Positions 30,889 to 41,428 of a DNA stretch of 64,000 nucleotides are shown piece after piece. The translations under genes were made by a program, and so were the position numbers. The stretch lies in the NCBI GenBank assembly GCA_977020255.1, contig CDROCS010000253.1, forward strand, positions 3,038,001 through 3,102,000, in the 5' to 3' direction. The notes below the pieces were generated by a model. The model was given only the letters and a program-made list of their open reading frames with translations. It was not told the DNA's origin and searched no databases. The stretch's first letter is position 1. Each line of letters starts with the position of its first letter. The stretch is from Obrimoposthia wandeli (taxonomy: Eukaryota).

Positions 30889-32817
30889 TTGAAGTATTTA
30901 AACCTTGTCTCATCACTTTTAGCTGTTGTGTTATTAAATGGTTGTTTGGAAGTAGAAGATAACAGTTCGGATGTCAAAGCGTTATTAGACCAAGCTGAAA
31001 ACTCAGTTAGCATCAAAGGTGTTGTCGTTGATGCGCTAGATTTTAAACCTATTGGTAATGCCATAATTACCGTAAAAGTCGGGTCTACAGACGTTATTTC
31101 TAACTTTGAAGTTACCGATGGTGATTTTGAATTAACAGGTTTACCTCGTTCTTCAGATATAGAGATCATTATATCCAGTCCAGATAATAAATTTCTTTCA
31201 AGAACATTTTTCACCCAAACTGCATTCGGAAGTAAAGACAGTATCGAAGATGTTGGTAGTTTTGCTGTATCTGAGTCGGTAGATGTAGAAGTTTCTGTTA
31301 TTGATAATGAAACAGGCAATGCTTTATCAACATTAGAGTTTATTGCTTATTCTCACTCAGGTAGTAATTCATCAGCATATAAATACCAGCACGTTTCTTC
31401 ATTTGATGTTGAAACAGGCGTATATACCATAACCTTGCCAAAATTTATTAATACCAGTATCAGTGCTAATTTAGATTTTGATAAAGATGGCGAAGCTGAT
31501 TACGTACCTGAGCTTAGTAACTTTTTACACGGTCATAATTTATATATAGGGTCCGCGAATACAAAAGAGTTTTTAAGAGTGCATGTTAATGAAGTAGCAA
31601 TGGCTTCAGATCTTGAAATTAGGCTTTCTTTGGTTGATGAAACAGCAGAGCCATTGCTTGGTGCTACTTTTTATATCGAAGATAGTGTTGTTGATAGTAC
31701 ATATGATGAATCAACTAGCCAATATGTTCTTACAACACCATTAAAAGATACGGTAAGTCTTCAACTACCCGCATTCACAAGCAATGAAGTTAAATACCAA
31801 AGTAGTTCTTTTACCGTAAGAAAGTTAGCTGACGGTAATTTCAATATTATAAAAAATGGTAGTTCTAATAATTGTTGTTTCGTCATTCCTAGTGCGACTG
31901 TGATTGATTTAGCGCTTTCACCACAAGTGATAATTGAAAGTGAAACACCACTTGAAGTTGTTCTTGCTGCTACTGATGTTAACTCAGTAGATTCTAGTTT
32001 TAGTGTATTCTATTCACAAGCTATAGCTGTTGAAGTTGAAAATATTTCATTAACAAATAGCCAAGGGTTTACAGTGTTAAAGGGGAATGCGGATGCAAGT
32101 GATCAAGTAGCTGCAGGTACAACACTTATTACTGGTGGTTTATCTTTTCCCGTTACTTTTACATTGAGCTTGAACGATACGCGTTTAACCGTAACGCCAG
32201 TGACCCCGCTGATGATACCTGATTCATATAGCTATGATATTCAATCGGTAATTAATAAAGCGACTCTTGAACGTGCAGATATATATAACGATCAATTAAC
32301 CTTTGAGATAAGCTCTAACACTGATGAAGTCTTTTCGGCTGCTGATATTAAACTTGATAATGGAAATTATACCACTAATGGAAGTGTTATAACGTCTAGT
32401 AATTCAGCAGGAGATACTTACTCTTCTTATAACAGGAATGATTCAGCTTATTTGTATTTTCCACTGAATATTAATGCATTAGAGAAATTAACGTTACGTA
32501 AAACCTCTGTAATCAATGATGGCACTTCATCAGTAAGTTCAAATGACTTTCACGTGGTTAGCGATGGGCGAATAAACGCTACTGCTGTCGGTATTGTTAA
32601 GTTAGCAGCAAATGAACATGTAACATATGGGTCAATTAACCGTTCTGTTATTCGTGGCACAGCCCAAATAGAAACTCAGAAAGTCTATCGATTGAATACT
32701 TGGGAGTATTTATCAGATAATACTGGCGCTGAATCTAATAGTATTAGTTTTGAATATTCATTGGAAACTAAAGCTGGTGAAGTGGAAACTGGTATTATTA
32801 CTATCCCAGTACAGTAA
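30889..32817 (+). CDS. Large acidic beta-rich lipoprotein, Ig-like/carboxypeptidase-regulatory-like domains
   Basis: Lipobox LLNGC; IKGVVVDA..KPIGNAIITV; DFDKDGEAD Ca-binding-type loop; S/T/D-rich. Confidence 0.7.
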   Translation: MKYLNLVSSLLAVVLLNGCLEVEDNSSDVKALLDQAENSVSIKGVVVDALDFKPIGNAIITVKVGSTDVISNFEVTDGDFELTGLPRSSDIEIIISSPDNKFLSRTFFTQTAFGSKDSIEDVGSFAVSESVDVEVSVIDNETGNALSTLEFIAYSHSGSNSSAYKYQHVSSFDVETGVYTITLPKFINTSISANLDFDKDGEADYVPELSNFLHGHNLYIGSANTKEFLRVHVNEVAMASDLEIRLSLVDETAEPLLGATFYIEDSVVDSTYDESTSQYVLTTPLKDTVSLQLPAFTSNEVKYQSSSFTVRKLADGNFNIIKNGSSNNCCFVIPSATVIDLALSPQVIIESETPLEVVLAATDVNSVDSSFSVFYSQAIAVEVENISLTNSQGFTVLKGNADASDQVAAGTTLITGGLSFPVTFTLSLNDTRLTVTPVTPLMIPDSYSYDIQSVINKATLERADIYNDQLTFEISSNTDEVFSAADIKLDNGNYTTNGSVITSSNSAGDTYSSYNRNDSAYLYFPLNINALEKLTLRKTSVINDGTSSVSSNDFHVVSDGRINATAVGIVKLAANEHVTYGSINRSVIRGTAQIETQKVYRLNTWEYLSDNTGAESNSISFEYSLETKAGEVETGIITIPVQ

Positions 32818-32855
32818 TTTTTTATTAGATTGTTTTACTTTATTAATATAATAAG

Positions 32856-32879
32856 AAAAGCCGCATTCGCGGCTTTTTT
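32856..32879. terminator. Bidirectional terminator
   Basis: AAAAGCCGC-ATTC-GCGGCTTTTT between convergent genes. Confidence 0.85.
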
Positions 32880-32907
32880 ATATGTGATTTATTCAAGTGT
32901 GGACATG

Positions 32908-33342
32908 CTACTTAGCTATTTTATTTACGCACTGAACAACCCACTGCTTCATTTGCATTTCATTCAAACCGCCAGAAATACGATCAACCTCTTCACCTTG
33001 ATGAAAAAAGACTAAGGTAGGTAAGCTACGAATATTCGCATCAGCAGAAACTTTTTGAACTTGCTCGGTATTTACTTTGGCAAACAACAAAGAAGGCGAA
33101 GATTGCGCTACTTTACTGTAAACAGGCGCCATGTTTTGACAGGGACCACACCAGCTGGCCCAAAAATCAACAATAACAGGTAAATCATTACGTTCTATAA
33201 AAGGGTAGAAAGTATTACCCGTCAACTCGGTAGGTTTGGGTGAATAAACCCCTTGTTGGCATTTACCACACTTGCCTTTGTTATAGTTTTTATCATCAGG
33301 GATGCGGTTGGTGGTAAAGCAGTTAGCACAAACAATGTTCAT
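32908..33342 (-). CDS. trxC: Thioredoxin 2 (zinc-finger thioredoxin)
   Basis: N-terminal CANC...CGKC and active site WCGPC. Confidence 0.93.
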   Translation of the reverse strand: MNIVCANCFTTNRIPDDKNYNKGKCGKCQQGVYSPKPTELTGNTFYPFIERNDLPVIVDFWASWCGPCQNMAPVYSKVAQSSPSLLFAKVNTEQVQKVSADANIRSLPTLVFFHQGEEVDRISGGLNEMQMKQWVVQCVNKIAK

Positions 33343-33624
33343 AATATTCCAGCAAGCAAATTGATATATTTTAAAGCGAGCTATGTTACCTGATTAGCTT
33401 TTAACAGTTAATCATTATCTTTATTTCGTCTCGGCAGGCGTATTTCCATGGTCTTAGCCAAATAATAAGTAAAATACTATTAAGTTATAACTAGGGACAG
33501 TTAGCTAAATTACAAAAAGTAATAGTTAAAAACAGTTTTGTTTATACCTTACGTTAAATAAACCTTATTATGCAGATTACAACTCATCAATAAATCACTT
33601 TTCGAATAGTCGAGTTTAACTATT

Positions 33625-34527
33625 ATGGCGCTTTTTTTATGGATGTCAGGCGCACTGGCTTCATTTTGTATTCTTGCTATTGGTGCACGTGAATTAAGTG
33701 GTGAGTTAACCATTGCTCAATCATTATGTATTCGCAGTGCTATTGGGCTGATATTTCTCTCAGGTGTTTACTTTATTCGCTCTCTATTATTTAAATGTAA
33801 GCGTCTAAAGGCCTTTCCTAGTCAGCCGCGAGCTAATGTGGTTAAACTACATCTACTTCGTAATATTTTTCACTTTGTTGCTCAATATGGCTGGTTTTTT
33901 GGTATTGGCTTACTTCCGCTGGCGGAAGTTTTTGCCTTAGAGTTTACGGTGCCAATATGGACACTATTCATTGCTAGCTTTTTTCTCGATGAAAAAGTGA
34001 CAATGAATAAGTTGATAGCGATACTTCTGGGGACATTAGGCGTACTTGCCATAGTACAGCCGGGGTACGCCTTAATTGACTATGCATCTATTATTGTTTT
34101 GGGATCTGCTATTTGTTTTGCCATATCGCATACAACAACCAAGTCCTTGGCAAAAACAGAATCTCCGTTAACCATTTTACTCTTTATGTGTATTGTTCAA
34201 TTACCTATTGGATTACTTTTATCTTTATCGAATTGGGTGTGGCCACAAGGTGAACAGTGGTTTTGGCTTGTTGTGATAGGATTAAGTGCGTTATCAGCAC
34301 ATTATTGTTTAGCTAAAGCAATGCGATATGCTGAAGTGACGACCATTATTACCCTCGACTTTTTCCGATTACCACTAATAGCTATGGTAGGTGTGATTTT
34401 TTATAATGAAGCTTTTGAGCTTCCTTTAATTATTGGTGGTGCTTTAATGCTAATTGGTAATCTTGTTGGTGTGCGTGATTTGACAATGAGAAGAGTTAAA
34501 GCAGAGAGTAAACTTATACCCAAGTAG
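33625..34527 (+). CDS. DMT/EamA family transporter
   Basis: About 10 TM segments in two repeats; LPLAEVFALEFTVP, GVIFYNE. Confidence 0.88.
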   Translation: MALFLWMSGALASFCILAIGARELSGELTIAQSLCIRSAIGLIFLSGVYFIRSLLFKCKRLKAFPSQPRANVVKLHLLRNIFHFVAQYGWFFGIGLLPLAEVFALEFTVPIWTLFIASFFLDEKVTMNKLIAILLGTLGVLAIVQPGYALIDYASIIVLGSAICFAISHTTTKSLAKTESPLTILLFMCIVQLPIGLLLSLSNWVWPQGEQWFWLVVIGLSALSAHYCLAKAMRYAEVTTIITLDFFRLPLIAMVGVIFYNEAFELPLIIGGALMLIGNLVGVRDLTMRRVKAESKLIPK

Positions 34528-34651
34528 GTTTATCTAAATCCTTTATAAAACAAGAAAAAATACTGGATTGCTTTTGTCTTATTTTACATCAATATATAAG
34601 TTCACTAGTTAAGCTAATATTACCGTTAAATTATATAAATTAGTTGGGTTA

Positions 34652-35380
34652 TTGGTGGATATTGTGTCAGAGTCTTCGAAGTTATCGCGTTGGTCAGCTG
34701 AAAAAATAGTGAGTTACGGCTTAGTGTTTTTTGCAAGTTTAGTGATCTTCTTTATCTCACAAGTTATTCAGTATTACCTTGGTACTTATAACCTTACAAC
34801 GATGTATATTTCTTTTTGTGCAGGTTTTATTTTATTCATTCCTTTGGTAAGTCTTGTTTTACATCCGCTGTTGCTTAACAAAGAGGGTAAAAGTGAAACT
34901 TTTCACTTTAGCGACTTACTCGCTAATATTGGCTTAGTATGTGTTGTACAGTTTTTATGTTTTCTTATTTGGATGACTGATGCAATTGCTCTATATAGCT
35001 TATATGTCGATCAAAATTCATTTCTTTCGAAAGTCTTTGATATACAAACACAAGCGCGAGGAGATATGACGTTTGAGTTTTATATTTTCAACTTTGTGCT
35101 CGCTTGGCTCTTTGCGCTTTTATCTATTATTGTCGGCGTACTACCTTGTTTGATTGCTCGCCTAGACAATCGTGGTGTAGTAGGGGACTTCGTTGCCGCA
35201 TTCTCATTTGCTAAAGCGCATAAAGGTTTGGTGTGTATTTATGCTTTATTAATTGCTAGCTCAGTATTATTACCCTTGTTATACGCAAAGTATCTTTTCT
35301 TAGTCTTGTTTCCCAGCAGTTTAGTTTGGGTTTTTATTCAGTTAAATAAAAAATACTTACTGTCGTCAGTATTAAAATAA
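34652..35380 (+). CDS. Multi-pass membrane protein (DUF2189-like)
   Basis: Hydrophobic segments throughout; family call tentative. Confidence 0.55.
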   Translation: MVDIVSESSKLSRWSAEKIVSYGLVFFASLVIFFISQVIQYYLGTYNLTTMYISFCAGFILFIPLVSLVLHPLLLNKEGKSETFHFSDLLANIGLVCVVQFLCFLIWMTDAIALYSLYVDQNSFLSKVFDIQTQARGDMTFEFYIFNFVLAWLFALLSIIVGVLPCLIARLDNRGVVGDFVAAFSFAKAHKGLVCIYALLIASSVLLPLLYAKYLFLVLFPSSLVWVFIQLNKKYLLSSVLK

Positions 35381-35797
35381 TCGCTTAATCTCATATTGTT
35401 TCAATACCGATATGCTCACCTAGGTATATGGCTGTTATTCTTCGTTTTTATTTCTAAAAAAGAAGGCTTTCTCACAAGCTTGATCTAATTTTACTTGTTC
35501 ACCTTTATCGGCAAAGGCAGTCGTGTCTATGGTGTAGACGACAATGACTAGTATAAAAGACCGAAATAAGTTGTTTGGTATGTTGAACTCCTTGTGATAA
35601 CTTTTATGGCTGGATGATTTTTGTTCAATAAGGTCTTTAAGTCTACTATTAAAATTGCAACAATATCTTAATATAGTTTTAATAAAGAGAAGCCAAAGTT
35701 GGTTTTTTTGCAAAGGCTTATCTACAGTTATTAATAATACAATTCAGGTTTTTATAACAATGAAAGAAACTAAATAACGATTTAGTTAGGGGTTAAA

Positions 35798-36232
35798 ATG
35801 GAATCATTAAAAATACAAGAATATATGAATCACTACCCAGTAACTTTTACCGAGACTATGTCTGTAGAAGAGGCTACATTACGCTTCTTAAAAACGAAGC
35901 AAATTGGTGGGCCGGTGGTTGATCAAAATTATAAGGTACTTGGTTTTATTTCAGAAGGTGATGTGTTAGAAAAAATGTTAGAAACTATCTATTTCAATGA
36001 AAATGTAGCGATTATTAAAGATATTATGAGTAAAAATGTACTTTCAGTGAAACCCTATGACAGTATTATTGAACTAGGACAAACCATGAAAAAGGATAAA
36101 CCTAAAGTTTATCCAGTGATTGATGATGATGGTAACTTACTCGGTACCATATCTCGTAATGAAGTTTTACAAGCTTGTTATAAACACGGTAAGGCAAGGA
36201 CCTCTATTGAGAAGGAACATGCTGCTGTCTAA
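35798..36232 (+). CDS. Tandem CBS-domain protein
   Basis: GGPVVDQ..VLGFISEGD and YPVIDDDGNLLGTISR. Confidence 0.9.
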   Translation: MESLKIQEYMNHYPVTFTETMSVEEATLRFLKTKQIGGPVVDQNYKVLGFISEGDVLEKMLETIYFNENVAIIKDIMSKNVLSVKPYDSIIELGQTMKKDKPKVYPVIDDDGNLLGTISRNEVLQACYKHGKARTSIEKEHAAV

Positions 36233-36277
36233 TAAATAGCACTTAACGGATAAAAGCAACGGTTGTATTATTTTTTG

Positions 36278-36299
36278 AAGGAGCTAAGCAGCTCCTTTT
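36278..36299 (+). terminator. Intrinsic terminator
   Basis: AAGGAGCT-AAGC-AGCTCCTTTT. Confidence 0.8.
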
Positions 36300-36392
36300 G
36301 TGTGTTTAAAGGGCTATTTATAATACTTTACTCGCTGCATTTATCGCGTATTACTGTTAAAATATTCTTTTGATTTTCTATCCGAGTTTGTT

Positions 36393-39300
36393 TTGTCTGT
36401 TTCGATTAAGTCTGCTATTACTTCATTTTCCCATTTACAACATCTTTTTGAATTATTGCCGCAAGCAAAAAATAGTGATGCGGTACGCTTTAAAAAAAGG
36501 TTAATGAACCTTAAAAAAACAATTGCTCGAGAGGCTGGGCAAAAATCATCAACTGAATTAGCGATGCTGTCATTATCGGCAACGCAACTTAAATTGGTTG
36601 AACCGTTACAACAAAATATCCTCAAATCAATTCAAGATAAACAGCAAAAAATCAGAAGTTTACCCAAGATTGTTTATCCTGAAGGTTTACCCATTTCAGA
36701 TAATGCTGAACAGATTTCAGCGGCTATTGATGCTAATCAAGTGGTTATTATTGCGGGTGAAACCGGCTCAGGAAAAACCACGCAAATCCCGAAAATTTGT
36801 CTTGCACTTGGTCGTGGTGTGGATGGTCTGATTGGTCATACTCAACCTAGACGTATTGCCGCAAGAACGGTTGCCAATCGTATTGCAGAAGAGTTGGGTA
36901 CTACATTAGGTGAGCAAGTTGGCTATAAGGTTCGTTTTAATGACCAAGTCAGCGAACAAAGTTATATAAAATTGATGACCGACGGTATTTTGCTGGCGGA
37001 AATGCAAAGAGATAGGTTATTACTTAAGTACGACACTATTATTATCGATGAAGCCCATGAACGAAGCTTAAACATCGATTTTATTTTGGGTTATTTAAAG
37101 CAAATACTAGTAAAACGACCTGATCTTAAGTTGATTATTACTTCGGCGACCATTGACCCGCAACGTTTTGCTAAACACTTTGCCAATAAAGCTGGCGTGC
37201 CTGCGCCTATTATTGAAGTATCAGGGAGAACATTCCCTGTTGAAATGCGCTATCGACCATTAAATGATCGTGTAGTGGGTGATGATGACGACCAATCACC
37301 ACAAGAAGTTGATATCATTAGTGGCATTTTGTCTGCTGTTGATGAGCTAAGTGACTGTGGTAATGGTGACATTCTGGTTTTCCTCAATGGTGAACGTGAA
37401 ATACGCGATACTGCTGCTGCGCTAGTCAAAGCTAACTTACGACATACTAATATTTTACCCTTATATGCTCGTTTAACGGTTAGTGAGCAAAATCAAATAT
37501 TTAAACCCCACAGTGGCCGAAATATTGTCTTGGCAACCAACGTTGCGGAAACGAGTTTAACGGTACCAGGTATCAAGTATGTGATTGATCCGGGCACTGC
37601 ACGTATTTCACGTTACAGTTATCGAACCAAAGTACAACGTTTACCTATTGAACCAGTATCACAAGCCAGTGCGAATCAACGTTCTGGTCGTTGTGGGCGT
37701 GTTTCTGAAGGTATCTGTATTCGTTTATATTCAGAGGATGATTATAAAAGTAGGGCAGAATTTACGGATCCTGAAATTTTACGTACCAATTTAGCGACCG
37801 TTATTTTGCAAATGCATGCGCTGGATTTAGGTGATATTGCTAACTTCCCGTTTGTTGAAGCGCCGGATAATCGAAATATCACCGATGGTGTGCGTTTATT
37901 GGAAGAAATAGCAGCCGTTGAAAGCATAGACAACGCTGATAATGGTCTATCAGCTAGTGCAGCTAAAGGCGTTAAAGGTAAACCTTCGTCAACAGCGACA
38001 CAGTTGACCAAATCAGGTCGCCTATTAGCAAAGTTCCCGATAGATCCGCGTTTAGCTAAAATGGTTATTACCGCCATTGAATTTGGCTGTATTGAACAAA
38101 TACTGATTATTGTAAGCGCCTTAAGTATTCAAGACCCACGTGAAAGGCCGCATGAAAAACAACAGCTTAGTGATGAAAAGCATAATCGCTTTAAAAATAA
38201 GTCCTCTGACTTTATAAGCTTACTTAACCTTTGGCAGTATATTAACAATCAGAAAAAAGACTTAACACAAAATCAGTTCAGAAAACTCTGTCAACGCGAG
38301 TATCTCTCTTATGTTCGCTTACGTGAATGGCAAGATATTTTCAGCCAATTGAAGCTGACGCTAAAAGAACAAAAAATAGCGTTAACGTCTATTGATTATC
38401 AGTTTTCTATGCCAAGTGTTCAGCAAGGTCAAGAAGCAGGCTCAGCAGAGAAGGCAAAAGAAAGTGAGCAAGAGTCCGCGTTAACACCCGTGCATCAAGC
38501 ATTATTGTCAGGTTTGCTTAGTCATATCGGTCAACAAGATGAAAATCGCGAGTATAAAGGCGCGCGGGGCATGAAGTTTTTTATCTTCCCTGGCTCTGCA
38601 TTAACTAAAAAATCACCTAAGTGGTTAATGTCGGCTGAGTTAGTAGAAACAAGTCGATTATTTGCTCGGATGAATGCCAAGATTGACCCTTTGTGGCTTG
38701 AACCGCTTGCACAGCACTTAGTTAAGCGAAATTACAGTGAACCGCATTGGGAGAAAAAACAAGGCGCGGTAATGGCCTTTGAGCAAGTAACGTTATACGG
38801 CCTCAGTATTGTTAGTAAACGTAAGATCAATTTTAATAATATTGAACCAGTCACTTGCCGTGAAATATTTATTCGCGAAGCACTGGTCAATGGTGATTGT
38901 CTAATTAAAGAGAGGTTCTTAAGCAAAAACCAGCAATTAGTAGAAAGCATTGAAGAGCTTGAACAAAAAGCGCGTCGTAGAGACTTTTTAATCGATGAAC
39001 AGCATTTAGTTGATTTCTACAGTGAAAAACTTCCTGAAAGCGTTAACTGCCAACGTAGCTTTCTCGCTTGGTGGAAAAAAGCTAAGCATGACAATGAACA
39101 GTTATTAGACTTTAGCAAAGCCTTTTTATTGAATGAATCCTCGGATGAATTATGTGCCACTGAATACCCTGATGTTTGGCAACAAGGCAGTATTACCCTG
39201 CCGCTGACGTATCATTTCAGTCCGGGTGATATTGATGATGGCATTAGCGTTATATTGCCTATTGCCTTATTAAATCAAGTGCAAGAAGTTGGCTTTGATT

Positions 39301-40541
39301 GGTTGATCCCTGCATTACGAGATGATCTCGCTATTGCGTTAATTAAAGCGCTGCCTAAAACCTTAAGGCGTAATTTTGTTCCGGCACCTAACTATGCGCA
39401 AGCTTGTGTCGCGGCTATGCCCGCTGAGCAGGGGCGTTTACAAGATGCGTTGGCAAAACAACTATTACGAATGACAGGGGTACGATTACCTGAAGATGCT
39501 TGGCAGGATATTACGTTACCTATTCACTTAACCATGAATTTTCAAGTCGTAGATGATAAGGGTAAGTTAATAAAGCAGGGCAGAGATCTCAACGAACTTA
39601 AAGCTGAGCTGCAAGGTAAAGTTAAAGCCTCCATTAAACAAGTTGCAGAAAAAGGTATTGAGCAAGCTGATTTAACGCAGTGGAATTTTGGTAAACTGCC
39701 TAAAGGTTATGAAAAGAAAGTTGCCAATATAACGATTAAGGCATTTCCTGCATTAGTCGATCATAAAAACAGTGTTGCTATTGAGCTGTTTGAGCAAGAG
39801 CAACATGCCCAAGAAGCGATGCTAAAAGGGATAAGCCGACTTATCCTATTAAATATCCCAACACCATTAAAATATTTACAGGAAAAACTGCCTAATAAAG
39901 CTAAACTGGGTTTGTACTTCAATCCATTTGGCTCAATCAATGAGCTATTACAAGATTGTATTCAAGGCGCTTGTTTGTCTTTAGTCCAACAATTTTCTCA
40001 ACATCAAAATAATGGACTTCTTCCCCGAGAAGAAAAGCAATTTGTCCAGTGTTGTGATTATGTTAGGGCTGAAATAGCTGATTGTGTGTTAGCGGCGGCA
40101 ATTAAAGTGGAACGTGTGTTAACGTTACGTCATGAAGTCACTAAAAAAATGAAAGGTAGTGTACCTTTAAATGTTATCCAATCTCATGGTGATATTAAAC
40201 AGCAATGCGAGCAGCTAGTGTTTAAAGGCTTTGTAAGCTACTCAGGCTTAAGTAAGCTTGATGATATTATTCGTTATTTACAAGGCATGTTACGCCGTTT
40301 AGAAAAACTGCCAAGTGATCCTAACCAAGATAGGTTAAAACTTATTGAAGTATCTAAAGTGAATGAGTTGTATAAAGTCATTATGGGTAAACAAAGAAAA
40401 GATAAACCGGTAGAAAGTGAGTTACTTGATACGCGCTGGCTGATTGAAGAGCTTAGGATTTCATTGTTCGCACAAAACCTAGGTACCTCAGCACCAATAT
40501 CAGTTAAGCGTATTCTAAACTATTTAAAAGGTTTTTCTTAA
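36393..40541 (+). CDS. hrpA: ATP-dependent RNA helicase HrpA
   Basis: GETGSGKTTQ, DEAH, SAT, QRSGRCGR; C-terminal EELRISLFAQ. Confidence 0.98.
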   Translation: MSVSIKSAITSFSHLQHLFELLPQAKNSDAVRFKKRLMNLKKTIAREAGQKSSTELAMLSLSATQLKLVEPLQQNILKSIQDKQQKIRSLPKIVYPEGLPISDNAEQISAAIDANQVVIIAGETGSGKTTQIPKICLALGRGVDGLIGHTQPRRIAARTVANRIAEELGTTLGEQVGYKVRFNDQVSEQSYIKLMTDGILLAEMQRDRLLLKYDTIIIDEAHERSLNIDFILGYLKQILVKRPDLKLIITSATIDPQRFAKHFANKAGVPAPIIEVSGRTFPVEMRYRPLNDRVVGDDDDQSPQEVDIISGILSAVDELSDCGNGDILVFLNGEREIRDTAAALVKANLRHTNILPLYARLTVSEQNQIFKPHSGRNIVLATNVAETSLTVPGIKYVIDPGTARISRYSYRTKVQRLPIEPVSQASANQRSGRCGRVSEGICIRLYSEDDYKSRAEFTDPEILRTNLATVILQMHALDLGDIANFPFVEAPDNRNITDGVRLLEEIAAVESIDNADNGLSASAAKGVKGKPSSTATQLTKSGRLLAKFPIDPRLAKMVITAIEFGCIEQILIIVSALSIQDPRERPHEKQQLSDEKHNRFKNKSSDFISLLNLWQYINNQKKDLTQNQFRKLCQREYLSYVRLREWQDIFSQLKLTLKEQKIALTSIDYQFSMPSVQQGQEAGSAEKAKESEQESALTPVHQALLSGLLSHIGQQDENREYKGARGMKFFIFPGSALTKKSPKWLMSAELVETSRLFARMNAKIDPLWLEPLAQHLVKRNYSEPHWEKKQGAVMAFEQVTLYGLSIVSKRKINFNNIEPVTCREIFIREALVNGDCLIKERFLSKNQQLVESIEELEQKARRRDFLIDEQHLVDFYSEKLPESVNCQRSFLAWWKKAKHDNEQLLDFSKAFLLNESSDELCATEYPDVWQQGSITLPLTYHFSPGDIDDGISVILPIALLNQVQEVGFDWLIPALRDDLAIALIKALPKTLRRNFVPAPNYAQACVAAMPAEQGRLQDALAKQLLRMTGVRLPEDAWQDITLPIHLTMNFQVVDDKGKLIKQGRDLNELKAELQGKVKASIKQVAEKGIEQADLTQWNFGKLPKGYEKKVANITIKAFPALVDHKNSVAIELFEQEQHAQEAMLKGISRLILLNIPTPLKYLQEKLPNKAKLGLYFNPFGSINELLQDCIQGACLSLVQQFSQHQNNGLLPREEKQFVQCCDYVRAEIADCVLAAAIKVERVLTLRHEVTKKMKGSVPLNVIQSHGDIKQQCEQLVFKGFVSYSGLSKLDDIIRYLQGMLRRLEKLPSDPNQDRLKLIEVSKVNELYKVIMGKQRKDKPVESELLDTRWLIEELRISLFAQNLGTSAPISVKRILNYLKGFS

Positions 40542-40558
40542 CCGAGTAGAAGCTAATA

Positions 40559-40789
40559 TATACCCGTTCCACTTGAAAATGCAGGATTCAGCTGGAATTA
40601 GAAACGCCTTTAGGAAAGGCTGAGCAAATCATACTCTGCGTTACCTTTCTTTTTAAGGACGTTACATGGATGGTGTTCTTAGAGAATGCAGGAGCACATT
40701 CTCCTGAATGACCCTTAATAAAAAAATGCGCCTTGATTATGAATCGCTCAGACTTCCTGAAACGAGCATCTTCAAGTGGAGCGGGTATA
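40559..40789. mobile_element. ERIC-like element family A, variant with internal deletion and inserted cassette
   Basis: TATACCCGTTCCACTTGAA ... TTCAAGTGGAGCGGGTATA; extra cassette about 40659-40711 absent from the 10487 copy. Confidence 0.85.
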
Positions 40790-40933
40790 TAGGTCTGTTC
40801 GGTAGGTTATTGATTCGGTGATTAATTTAGATTAACGTTGATCTAGTCCTTACTTTTTTATGGTAGCTGTTGACACTGTAGTCTTTGCTCCGTATAAATA
40901 AAAGTGTTACATATAGTCTGCTTGGGAGAGCTT

Positions 40934-41233
40934 ATGAAAGGTTTTGATGATAAACGCGATTTTTACCGCATGATGATAAATAGTGAGGTTGCTGTAACCG
41001 TTATAGATGATGAAGTAAATAGTCAACTTTCTGCGACTTGTCGAGACTTAAGTGCGACGGGCATGGCGTTTGAAATTGAGCATCCATTAGCAATATCGAC
41101 CCATGTAAGAGTGAAAATCGACTCAGCCAGCAGTCAAATACAAGCGCTAGATATTCGTGGACGAGTGGTGCGTATTGAAGAAGAAAGCAATAATTGCTAC
41201 CTCATCGGTATTACTATTGAAGAGATCGATTAG
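40934..41233 (+). CDS. PilZ-domain protein
   Basis: DKRDFYR (RxxxR) and DLSATG (DxSxxG); ATG at 40934 with GGGAGA upstream. Confidence 0.85.
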   Translation: MKGFDDKRDFYRMMINSEVAVTVIDDEVNSQLSATCRDLSATGMAFEIEHPLAISTHVRVKIDSASSQIQALDIRGRVVRIEEESNNCYLIGITIEEID

Positions 41234-41270
41234 CGGTTAGAGAAAACTTACCTATAAAAAAGCCAGAGTA

Positions 41271-41428
41271 ATACCAATCTCACTAACTATGTGATCATTT
41301 CTACTTGCTAAAATCACCAACTACGTCGTTATTTAATAATTAGAATAACTAGTTATTAAAATAAATGCTTTGTATTTGATGATTTTTCCTACGTATAAAA
41401 TAGATCACTTAATTAATGAAACTGGTAT
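41271..41428. mobile_element. ERIC-like element family B
   Basis: ATACCAATCTCACTAAC ... GAAACTGGTAT; near-identical inverted copy at 53272-53433; sits inside the stem AGCCAGAGT/ACTCTGGCT. Confidence 0.85.
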
